Below the pieces are notes generated by a model. It saw only the letters and a program-made list of their open reading frames with translations, ran no database searches and was not told the origin of the DNA. Made by a program: the position numbers and the translations under genes. From positions 43,027 through 107,026 of the forward strand of contig JBHIAI010000001.1 in assembly GCA_046861655.1 (NCBI GenBank): 64,000 nucleotides of DNA, given 5' to 3'. The number at the start of each line of letters is the position of its first letter. Within the stretch, counting starts at the first letter, position 1. This document shows, piece by piece, positions 1 through 8,715 of this stretch. This stretch comes from Fidelibacterota bacterium. GTDB lineage: Bacteria > Fidelibacterota > Marinisomatia > Marinisomatales > S15-B10.

Positions 1-1574
1 GAAACCAGAACCGGTTTGACGGCAAGGCTTCCCTGTCACTCCTTTCCGCCCAGACTACCCTGGAAGGTGCTCTCGGGACAGGCGCCTGGCTCGTTGCAGC
101 TAGGAGAACCTACTTCGACCAGATTTTCAGAGGAACCGACCTCTATTTTCCCTACTACTTCTATGATGTCCAGGGGCACGTCTTCCAGGACTTCACGGAG
201 AGGGACCGGCTCTCCCTCAGCTGGTACGTGGGGAGGGATGATCTGACCCTGGAGGATGTGAACCTCACGGCAGGATGGGGGAACCAGACATTCAGCACAA
301 ACTACCGGAAGCTCTTCGGCCCCAGGCTTATTTCCCACTGGATGCTGGCCGTGAGCCGATTCGACACCCAGTTTGATCTGGGCGGGGGATCAGGAGTGGC
401 GAGCGTCAACAGCGTCACGGATAAGACGTTCCGTTCGGACTGGACCTACTTCGTCACCCGGGAAACCCAACTTCGCATGGGAATTGAACTGAAGGATCTC
501 ACGTTCATCTATGAGAACACATGGCTCGATAGCGCCCTGTTCAAGGTCGCACAGTCGCCTCTGGAGGGAGCCATCTTTGCCAAGGCAAAACGGTGGCTTA
601 CCCCCACCCTCATGGTGGAACCGGGAGTGCGGCTCTCCTATTATGAGAATCACCCCACAAAATGGTATCTCAACCCACGACTGGGGATCAAGTATCTCCT
701 AACTGCCGACCGGTATGTCAATCTGGCTGCCGGCGTCTACCGTCAGTTCATTGAAACGGTGCAGGACGATTTCAATCCCACCATTCTCGATCAGTGGTTT
801 GCCGTGGACCCCTCGGTGGAGCCCGCCTCCAGCCTCCAGTATCTCATGGGATACGAGGAATTCTTCGGCAAGGTCTACCGTGTTCAGGCGGAGATCTACT
901 ATAAGACGCTGGCAAATATGCTCACGTTCATCGAAAACCGGGCCGCGGCCGATGAGGAAATTTCAGACGAAGCCCTGGATGACAATTTTGATCTTTCAGA
1001 CGGTTACGCCTACGGATTTGAACTGTTTGTCCAGAAGGAGTTCGGCCGCCTGAACGGCTGGGTCAGCTACGCCTATTCCGTTGCCCGGAAAAGACTTCAC
1101 CGGAAAGAATACTTTACAAACTGGGACAGGAGACACGCCTTCAACATCGTCGGAAACTTCAGGTTGAACAAAAAGTGGGACTTGAGCCTGAGGTGGACCT
1201 ACCAGACAGGTCAGCCGTACACCCCCATCCTGGGGTACTACTTTGAAACACTGCCGTGGGAAGCCGAACCCTTTTACCGGTCCATCCCCGGTGGCAGGAA
1301 TTCCGTCAGGTATCCCCCCTATCACCGTCTGGACCTGGCGGCGGAGCGGCATTTCAGACTCTGGGGAGTCGAGGTGGACCTTCTCCTTCAGGTGGTGAAC
1401 ACCTACTGGCGAAAGAATGTGTTCCGCTACGTCTACCACTTCGGCGATCCTCACAACGGTATCGATGATGATCACGATGGTCGAATCGATGAACCCGATG
1501 AAGGGATCCCCCAGCGCGTACGTGTTACCGTCTTCCCCATTCTCCCCAGTATCGGGGTCAAGGTCGATTTCTGA
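1..1574 (+). CDS. TonB-dependent receptor (5'-truncated by window edge)
   Basis: Frame of the 228 ORF is open back to base 3; beta-barrel pattern; YHRLDL motif; C-terminal Phe (VKVDF). Confidence 0.85.
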   Translation, partial: NQNRFDGKASLSLLSAQTTLEGALGTGAWLVAARRTYFDQIFRGTDLYFPYYFYDVQGHVFQDFTERDRLSLSWYVGRDDLTLEDVNLTAGWGNQTFSTNYRKLFGPRLISHWMLAVSRFDTQFDLGGGSGVASVNSVTDKTFRSDWTYFVTRETQLRMGIELKDLTFIYENTWLDSALFKVAQSPLEGAIFAKAKRWLTPTLMVEPGVRLSYYENHPTKWYLNPRLGIKYLLTADRYVNLAAGVYRQFIETVQDDFNPTILDQWFAVDPSVEPASSLQYLMGYEEFFGKVYRVQAEIYYKTLANMLTFIENRAAADEEISDEALDDNFDLSDGYAYGFELFVQKEFGRLNGWVSYAYSVARKRLHRKEYFTNWDRRHAFNIVGNFRLNKKWDLSLRWTYQTGQPYTPILGYYFETLPWEAEPFYRSIPGGRNSVRYPPYHRLDLAAERHFRLWGVEVDLLLQVVNTYWRKNVFRYVYHFGDPHNGIDDDHDGRIDEPDEGIPQRVRVTVFPILPSIGVKVDF

Positions 1575-2593
1575 TGCGGACAGTGCCTTACCGCCGCCTC
1601 ATTCTTCTGGCCCTTTTTTGGCTTCCCCTTTCGTGCGAGCTTCCCGTGGAACAGAATCCGTACGAAGACAGGCTGGTAGTCTTCGGCAATCTCGTGGCCA
1701 ATGTGCCCGTCCTGGATACCGTGTTTGTCTCCCTCTCCTACAGGATTGAAGAACCCCACCAGGAGGCGGTGAAATGGATCTCCGACGCTGACGTCAAGCT
1801 AATGACGGGCGATGATTCCTTTCCTCTCTATCCTGTGGTGGGGAAACCTGGCCGGTATCTCGACACCACGTTTTCCCACATGATTCAACCCAGTATGACC
1901 TATCACCTGGAGGTCACCTGGCAGGGGTACGAGGCCAGGGCCACCACTACAGTCCCTGACACCTTTTCTCTCCAGAGCATACCGTCATCGCAGTGGAGCT
2001 GCAACGGTGAGCCCCAGGGGGTACCGGCCATCGACCTGCACATGGATGAGAACACTCCGGAAAAAATCCAGCAGGCTCTGGTGACCGGCGATTACAGCCG
2101 TGTGGCCCTGGACACCGTTGTGTATAAAGAGGGTGAGTGCTGGTCGGCCAGTTTCGCCTCCATTCCTCTGTTCGTCCTCCAATGGGAGGCGGATACCCAA
2201 CCTGGGCTGGTACGCATTGTCAGTCTTGCCCTGAAGGATACGGTCACCAATGCCATCGTGGACACCTCCCTTTCAGCCGCAGCGTTTAAGGGACCCATGT
2301 ACAGGGATGAGGACGGAAACTACTACCGGCCCAACCCTTTTGTCTGGAATACCACCCGGCCCGAACAGCCCATGAACTGGATCTATTTCAACTACTATGG
2401 TCCTCACCTGATCACCGTTGTGGCCATGGATCAGACTATCCATGACTATTTTCAGGGAGATCCATTTCGCATAAACCAGTATGTTCTTCCTGAAGGAAAC
2501 ATTGAAGGGGGATACGGCCTCTTCTCCTCCTCATTCGTTCGCCCTTTTCTCGTCTATGTGGCTCGGGACACGTCAGACAACGGACGGCACTGA
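1574..2593 (+). CDS. DUF4249-like lipoprotein, TBDR partner
   Basis: Lipobox LPLSC; C-terminal NIEGGYGLFSS; overlaps the TBDR stop. Confidence 0.7.
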   Translation: MRTVPYRRLILLALFWLPLSCELPVEQNPYEDRLVVFGNLVANVPVLDTVFVSLSYRIEEPHQEAVKWISDADVKLMTGDDSFPLYPVVGKPGRYLDTTFSHMIQPSMTYHLEVTWQGYEARATTTVPDTFSLQSIPSSQWSCNGEPQGVPAIDLHMDENTPEKIQQALVTGDYSRVALDTVVYKEGECWSASFASIPLFVLQWEADTQPGLVRIVSLALKDTVTNAIVDTSLSAAAFKGPMYRDEDGNYYRPNPFVWNTTRPEQPMNWIYFNYYGPHLITVVAMDQTIHDYFQGDPFRINQYVLPEGNIEGGYGLFSSSFVRPFLVYVARDTSDNGRH

Positions 2594-2610
2594 AGCCTTC
2601 CTCAGAAACT

Positions 2611-3525
2611 ATGAAATCCATGGTCATTATCTGGGCTGTGATGTTTATTTTCAACCTGCTGGCATCTTTCACCCATATTGCCGGGAAAGAGGCCGTCATG
2701 CACGTTTCCCCCTGGGCCGTGGGGTTTTACAGGTTCACCTTAGGGGCGGTGACTATGTGGGGCTTCATGAGACTGTCCGGCCGCAAGATCGTTCTGGAGC
2801 CTTCCGACCGGTGGAGGTTTCTTACTCTGGCCATTCTTGCCGTTCCCCTGAACCAGCTTTCGTTCTTGGTGGGCATTCATCACACGCCCGCGTCCCATCC
2901 GGCACTCCTTTATGCCACGACCCCGGCGTGGGTTTTTCTCTTTGCACTGGGTCTAAGGATCGAGCGCTGGAGGTGGTGGAAATGGATGGGGATCGGACTG
3001 GCTATGCTCGGGGTCGTGTTTCTTCTGGGAGGTGAGGTTCTCACCCTCCGCGGGGAAGTCGTGGGCGGAGACCTCATTCTGCTTCTGGCGGTTCTCTCCT
3101 GGTCCCTGTACACCGCTCTGGGCAAACCCATCGTGGAGCGGTATGGCGCCCTGGAAACCACGTTTGTTGTTATGGCGTTCGGTGCCTTAATGTATCTACC
3201 CTTTGGAGCCTATCTGGCGGCGACTGCAGACTATTCGGAAGCGGATACGTCGGTCTGGCTCGGTATCGTGTACATGGGCGTGGTGACCTCCGGGATGGCC
3301 TACTTTTTGTGGTACTGGTTACTTCAGCGGATCCGGCCGTCACAGGTGGCCGTGGTCACCAGCGCTCAACCTCCCACCACAGCCTTTTTGGCATGGGCGG
3401 TCCTGGGGACCGTGCCCACGGGGAACCTGCTTTTGAGTGGAACCTCGATCCTGGCAGGAATCGTTTTGATGGTGGGCTATGGAGGACCGAAACAGCCAAC
3501 ACGGATTTCAACCAAACCACAGTAG
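2611..3525 (+). CDS. DMT/EamA family transporter
   Basis: About 10 TM segments in two EamA repeats (GDLILLLAVLSWSLYT; AYFLWYWLL). Confidence 0.9.
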   Translation: MKSMVIIWAVMFIFNLLASFTHIAGKEAVMHVSPWAVGFYRFTLGAVTMWGFMRLSGRKIVLEPSDRWRFLTLAILAVPLNQLSFLVGIHHTPASHPALLYATTPAWVFLFALGLRIERWRWWKWMGIGLAMLGVVFLLGGEVLTLRGEVVGGDLILLLAVLSWSLYTALGKPIVERYGALETTFVVMAFGALMYLPFGAYLAATADYSEADTSVWLGIVYMGVVTSGMAYFLWYWLLQRIRPSQVAVVTSAQPPTTAFLAWAVLGTVPTGNLLLSGTSILAGIVLMVGYGGPKQPTRISTKPQ

Positions 3526-3534
3526 GGGAGCACC

Positions 3535-4167
3535 ATGCGAAAGCTTTCTTGGATTGTAGTTTTCGGCATCGCCTTCGGACTGGTGGAAGCGGCGGTGGTG
3601 GTGTACTTGCGCTCCATCGGTTACCCCGAAGGGTTCGATTTCGCTGAGGGCAGATTGCCACCCACCATCCTGAACACCGAGATTATCCGGGAGGGAGCCT
3701 CCATCCTCGCTCTCGTGGCTATAGCAGTTCTGGCCGGCAAAACGGGCCTGGCCAGGCTCGGAGCGTTCATCACCGTATTCGGGGTGTGGGACCTCTTTTA
3801 CTACGTTTGGCTGAAGGTATTTCTGGGATGGCCCGAATCCCTCATGGATGGTGATATTCTTTTCCTCATCCCCGGGGTCTGGGCGGGCCCTGTTCTGGCA
3901 CCGATTCTGGTCAGTGTGGCCTTTGTGGGCTGCGGCGGATGGATCTACTGGCGGGAGGAAACAGGGCGACCGGTAAGAACAGGACCGATAGACTGGATCG
4001 TGGAGGCAGGGGGCGGTCTGGCGATTGTCACATCCTTCCTGGTCAGTGACATCGTTCCTGGTTCGGAGCCGGGACCTGATTACATCTCTTCTTTTCCCTG
4101 GTGGCTTTTCCTGGCGGGCTTCCTGGGGGGACTGGGTTATTTCGTGTGGCGGATTTTCCGGCAGTGA
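3535..4167 (+). CDS. Hypothetical integral membrane protein
   Basis: GGAG RBS; multiple TMs; EAAVVVYLR and WDLFYYVWL motifs. Confidence 0.75.
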   Translation: MRKLSWIVVFGIAFGLVEAAVVVYLRSIGYPEGFDFAEGRLPPTILNTEIIREGASILALVAIAVLAGKTGLARLGAFITVFGVWDLFYYVWLKVFLGWPESLMDGDILFLIPGVWAGPVLAPILVSVAFVGCGGWIYWREETGRPVRTGPIDWIVEAGGGLAIVTSFLVSDIVPGSEPGPDYISSFPWWLFLAGFLGGLGYFVWRIFRQ

Positions 4168-5597
4168 AGTTTCAGCTCCGCCATTTATTCCTCCCCACCG
4201 ACACCGCCCTGTTCAAGAAAGTCCTCACCCTGGCCCTGCCTGTAATCCTTGGAAACCTGAGCCGCGTTCTCATGAATGTGGTAGACGTGGCTATGGTAGG
4301 GCGGCTGGGAGCCCACGCCCTGGCAGCCGTGGGAATGGGAAGCGTCCTTGTCTGGACCGTCCTGAGCTTTGCCTATTCCATCCGAACGGGAGTCCAGACC
4401 GTCACGTCCCGAAGACTGGGGGAGAAGCGCCTCAGTGAATGTGGGGCCGCTCTCAATAACGGACTCGTTTTTGCCGCAGGAACGGGAGTGACTTTGTCCG
4501 TGGTAGGGTATCTGGGCACCGGCGTGCTAATCGGGTTTCTTCTGGACGACCCCAGTGTCATTCCCCTGGCAGAAACCTACACCAGGTGGGCTTTTCTGAG
4601 TGTGGTTTTCGTGGTGATTGGGTATGCCTTTCAGGGATTCTTCAACGGCGTGGAACGGACGGCCGTCCATATGGAGGTGACCGTCATCTCGAACATCTTG
4701 AATGTCTACCTCAATGCCGGCCTGATATTTGGAAGTGCAAACCTTCCTGATCTCCTCTCAACAACCCCCCTGGGAGACCTTTCCTTCCTTGCTGCTTTCT
4801 GGACCCCCTTTGCCTTTCCCGCCCTTGGGGTGAAGGGGGCCGCCCTGGCCACCCTTGTGGCTTCCGCCTGGATGATGGCCCACTACTTGGTCCGGGCATC
4901 TCTACGGGACTTCCGTAAGGGATACGGTGCCCTGACGGGCCGGCTCAACCGGCAGGTCCTCAAACGGGTTGTATCCATCGCCGTGCCGCAAGGACTCCAA
5001 GAACTGGGGGTTATGCTTGTCTTTGTGCTGTTTTTCAAGATCACAGCCCTGGTGGGAACCCTGGAAGTGGCGGCCACGGAGGTTGTCTTTACCATTATGC
5101 AGGCGTCGTTTCTGCCCGCAGCGGGTTTCGGCATCGCCTGCGCCACCCTGGTGGGGAAGTACCTGGGAGAGAATACCCCGGACCTGGCGGAGGTGACTAT
5201 CCTGGAATCGGTCCGGTGGTCTATCATCTTTATGGGAAGCATGGGAATTATTTTCCTCCTTTTTCCGAATCAGATCCTTTCGTTTTTTACCCGGGATGAA
5301 ACGGTGATCGAACTGGGTTCGGTGGCATTGAGAATCCTGGGCGTGGTGCAGTTCGCAGACGCCGTGGGCATGACCTTGTGGTTCGCCCTGTCGGGAGCCG
5401 GCAATACCAAGTATCCCGCCATAGTGGAAATGACCATCGCCTGGTTCATCTTCCTCCCCTCCTGCTATGTTACCGCCGTCATAATGGACTCGGGTATCCT
5501 TGGGTCCTGGATCAGTTTCGGGTTCTATATCACTCTGTATGCCTCCGCCATGGCATGGAAAGTCCTTAAGGGAGACTGGAAAACCATCCGAGTGTAA
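4164..5597 (+). CDS. MATE family efflux transporter
   Basis: VDVAMVGRLG and LGVKGAALAT motifs; GTG at 4164 overlaps the upstream stop. Confidence 0.9.
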   Translation: MKFQLRHLFLPTDTALFKKVLTLALPVILGNLSRVLMNVVDVAMVGRLGAHALAAVGMGSVLVWTVLSFAYSIRTGVQTVTSRRLGEKRLSECGAALNNGLVFAAGTGVTLSVVGYLGTGVLIGFLLDDPSVIPLAETYTRWAFLSVVFVVIGYAFQGFFNGVERTAVHMEVTVISNILNVYLNAGLIFGSANLPDLLSTTPLGDLSFLAAFWTPFAFPALGVKGAALATLVASAWMMAHYLVRASLRDFRKGYGALTGRLNRQVLKRVVSIAVPQGLQELGVMLVFVLFFKITALVGTLEVAATEVVFTIMQASFLPAAGFGIACATLVGKYLGENTPDLAEVTILESVRWSIIFMGSMGIIFLLFPNQILSFFTRDETVIELGSVALRILGVVQFADAVGMTLWFALSGAGNTKYPAIVEMTIAWFIFLPSCYVTAVIMDSGILGSWISFGFYITLYASAMAWKVLKGDWKTIRV

Positions 5598-5738
5598 AAT
5601 ATTTGTCTTTATTATCACGAACCGTAGTCATATATTGATATGGTTCATGATTATGATATATATTTGCTACCCGGCATGGGTAGGTTACGCAGTACATAGT
5701 GCCCGTCCGGCATGTCGTGAAGTCGGGGGTTTACGAGG

Positions 5739-8186
5739 ATGGCGGACTTTCTTTGGCGAACGGTTCTGTCTCTGGTGGTCCTGAGCGGAGGTGCCGCCGC
5801 GCCAACCTCCCTGTCACCGGGTGATGTGGCCATTATCGGGTATAATTACGACAATCCCGATGAATTCGGGTTTGTGGTACTTGTGGACCTGGATTCGGGG
5901 ACACAGATCTATTTTACCGACAGCGGGGTGACGGCTGAAGGGACCTTCCGGGGCGGGGAAGGAGCGGTGAAATACACGGTTCCTGGTGAGGGAATACCTG
6001 CGGGGTCCGTGATTATCTACACCGGTAGCGACTCCAGTTTTGTTCCTGCCAACGATTCACACGTGGGGACCGGAGGGTTGGCCCTGTCGAGCTCAGGAGA
6101 CCAGATCATCGCCTTCCAGGGTTCCAGCGCCAGCCCCAGCTTTATCTATGCGCTGAATGCCGAAGGCGAGGGCTGGCAGCCGGATGCCAACAGTTCAAAC
6201 GAAACCGCCCTGCCGCCAGGGCTCATCGATGGGTCCACCGCCCTGGCCCTGATGGAAGCGGACAACGGTTACTACAGTGGGACCACCAGGAGCGGGACTC
6301 AACGTGAGCTCCTGCAGGCTATTTCCCTGCAGGAAAACTGGACCACCAGTAACAGCCGGCAGGACAGCAACACCTGGCCTTCGTCCTTTGCCGTTTCTTC
6401 CTCTTCCTCCGACCGTACCACTGTCCAGTTCTCCTCGTCAGAAGCCACCGTTTCCGAGGGAACATCCTCTTACTCTTTTTCTGTTTCCATATCCAATCAA
6501 AGCCCTTCCAGTCAGACCACGGCAGATGTGGTGTTGACCTCGAATGGGACCGCGACCGGCGGTACGGACATTTCCCAGTACACCCCTCAGACCGTCACCT
6601 TTCCAGAGGACAGCTTTTCTGCCCAGTCCGTGACGGTGTTTCTCATCGACGACTCAGAATTCGAGGGAACAGAAACCCTTGTTTTCGAACTCAAAAACGC
6701 TGCCGGAGGCAATGAGGCGTCGGTGGGTTCCCCGGATCGGTTCGTCCTGAGCATTCTGGATAACGATCCCCCGGCTGTGGTCATCAACGAGATTCATTAC
6801 AACCCCGCCGTGGACCAGGGGCCGGATGACGAACACGAATTCCTGGAATTGTACAACCGGTCACCCTATACCGCTTATCTTTCGGGCTACAACTTCAGGG
6901 AAGGGATCCAACTTACTTTCGGACCTTCTGATTCCCTGGCCCCCGGCTCCTATCTGCTGGTGGCAAAAAGGGCGGCTACCTACCCGGGGAGCATTGAATG
7001 GACGGCCGGGTCCCTGGCCAACGTTGGGGAAAGAGTGGTTGTGGTCACCGGGGAGGGGACCCTTGTGGATTCCGTGATGTATGCCGGTAGGGATCCCTGG
7101 CCCATGGAAGCCAACGGGTCGGGACCGTCCCTGGAACTGGTGGATCCCTGGCTGGACAACTCCCTGGGAAAGGCGTGGCAGGCGAGCTTTGTGGATGGGG
7201 GGACCCCCGGGGGTCCCAACAGTTCAAACTCAGTACCCCGGGCGATGCCGGACTCTTTTTCCACAGGTGAGGATCAGGCTCTGGTGGTAGATCCCCCGGG
7301 TGTTCTGGAAAACGATTCCGATTCCGATGGTGACATCTTGACCCCATTTATGGTGGGAGCCCCCGTCCACGGGGGCATGGCCCTGTCATCAGACGGCGGG
7401 TTCCAATACATCCCGGATCCCGACTTCTTCGGCCAGGATACCTTTGTGTACGCGGTGCACGATGGGACGGACAGTTCGTCGCCCGCGACAGGTGTCCTGA
7501 AGGTTATGCCCGTGAATGATCCTCCGGATCCGTTCGGTCTGCTGTGGCCGGAAGACAGTTCGGTCATTGTGATCACCAGGGATCTTCTGTCCCAGCCGTT
7601 CATCATGGGATGGGAATCCACCTTCGACAGGGACGGGGACAGCGTGACGTATGAACTTGCGGCTTCCGGGGAACTATCGTTCCTCACCTCCGGGGGCATT
7701 CAGGAAAGCCGCTTCGCCATCACGTATCAAGAATTGGTGGACGCCATGGAAGATAGTGACCGGGTGGAGGGGGAGTGGATCGTATGGGCTTCGGATGGAA
7801 TTGCCGCACGGGAAGCAGACAACGGACCCTTCCGTTTAACCCTGGATGGCTCCTCGCTGGCCGTTGGGGGAAAAAAGACAGTTCCCACCGCGTTTGCCCT
7901 GTATCCCAACATTCCCAATCCGTTCAATCCTTTCACCGTGATCCCGTATGACGTTCCCCAGGTTTCCACGGTTCAGGTCGAAGTCTATGATCTCCTTGGC
8001 CGGAGGGTTCAGGTCCTGTTTTTCGGAACGCGCCGGCCGGGGACTTACGAGGAAGTCTTCACGGGAAAGAACGACCGTGGGATTCCGGTGGCGTCCGGGA
8101 TCTACATCTGTCGAATGGTGGCGTTTGACCGCGGCACGAAAGAGGTGACATACCGTAGAACCCGGAAACTCGTCCTCATGAGATAG
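5739..8186 (+). CDS. Secreted multidomain protein (Calx-beta, lamin-tail, Ig-like, FlgD/T9SS-like C-terminal domain)
   Basis: Signal peptide; DDSEFEGTETL (Calx-beta); VVINEIHYNP...GTPG (lamin tail); LENDSDSDGD (Ig-like); YPNIPNPFNP...VASGIY C-terminus. Confidence 0.75.
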   Translation: MADFLWRTVLSLVVLSGGAAAPTSLSPGDVAIIGYNYDNPDEFGFVVLVDLDSGTQIYFTDSGVTAEGTFRGGEGAVKYTVPGEGIPAGSVIIYTGSDSSFVPANDSHVGTGGLALSSSGDQIIAFQGSSASPSFIYALNAEGEGWQPDANSSNETALPPGLIDGSTALALMEADNGYYSGTTRSGTQRELLQAISLQENWTTSNSRQDSNTWPSSFAVSSSSSDRTTVQFSSSEATVSEGTSSYSFSVSISNQSPSSQTTADVVLTSNGTATGGTDISQYTPQTVTFPEDSFSAQSVTVFLIDDSEFEGTETLVFELKNAAGGNEASVGSPDRFVLSILDNDPPAVVINEIHYNPAVDQGPDDEHEFLELYNRSPYTAYLSGYNFREGIQLTFGPSDSLAPGSYLLVAKRAATYPGSIEWTAGSLANVGERVVVVTGEGTLVDSVMYAGRDPWPMEANGSGPSLELVDPWLDNSLGKAWQASFVDGGTPGGPNSSNSVPRAMPDSFSTGEDQALVVDPPGVLENDSDSDGDILTPFMVGAPVHGGMALSSDGGFQYIPDPDFFGQDTFVYAVHDGTDSSSPATGVLKVMPVNDPPDPFGLLWPEDSSVIVITRDLLSQPFIMGWESTFDRDGDSVTYELAASGELSFLTSGGIQESRFAITYQELVDAMEDSDRVEGEWIVWASDGIAAREADNGPFRLTLDGSSLAVGGKKTVPTAFALYPNIPNPFNPFTVIPYDVPQVSTVQVEVYDLLGRRVQVLFFGTRRPGTYEEVFTGKNDRGIPVASGIYICRMVAFDRGTKEVTYRRTRKLVLMR

Positions 8187-8297
8187 CCCCTGGGGCATTG
8201 CCGCCCAGGCCGGTTCTCCAGACGAACCGGAGGAAAAAGTTTTCACCACCGGGCTTGAAGCCCAAAAGGGCCCCGCGGGTTCGATCTCAAAAATCAC

Positions 8298-8349
8298 TTG
8301 ACAGAGCTAACTGATAATACTTATACTACTGATAAATCAGAGAGATCAG
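8298..8349 (+). promoter_or_regulatory. Sigma70-like promoter with overlapping repeats (putative operator)
   Basis: TTGACA-18-TATACT; ACTGATAA at 8310 and 8328; CTGATAAATCAG inverted repeat at 8329-8340. Confidence 0.55.
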
Positions 8350-8396
8350 CGAGTTCCGATTCGTTTGGATTTCATCTACGTAAGGAGGTTATGATC

Positions 8397-8675
8397 ATGG
8401 ACAAGGAAGCAAAAAAGATTCCTTCCTCTGGGGTTACCATCGGCTCGTGCACCATAAAGGTGGAATCACTCGTGACGGTGGACGAGAGAGGTCAGATGGT
8501 CCTGCCGAAGGAGATCAGAGATAAGTTTGGAATCCGGGGAGGAGACAAACTGGCCATCGCAAGCTGTACAGACACCGAGGACAACCTAACCTGTCTGTGT
8601 GCAGTCAAATCTGACGATTTCGCCGTAAGGATCAAAGATCTTCTCGGTCCCATGTTGAACGAGGTGGTCCCTTGA
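8397..8675 (+). CDS. AbrB/MazE-type DNA-binding protein, HgcC-like
   Basis: VTVDERGQMVLPKEIRDKFGIRGGDKL AbrB fold with flanking Cys; AAGGAGG RBS. Confidence 0.75.
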   Translation: MDKEAKKIPSSGVTIGSCTIKVESLVTVDERGQMVLPKEIRDKFGIRGGDKLAIASCTDTEDNLTCLCAVKSDDFAVRIKDLLGPMLNEVVP

Positions 8676-8715
8676 TCGAGAGTTCAGGCTTCGATACATG
8701 CCCGTGGCAACCCGT

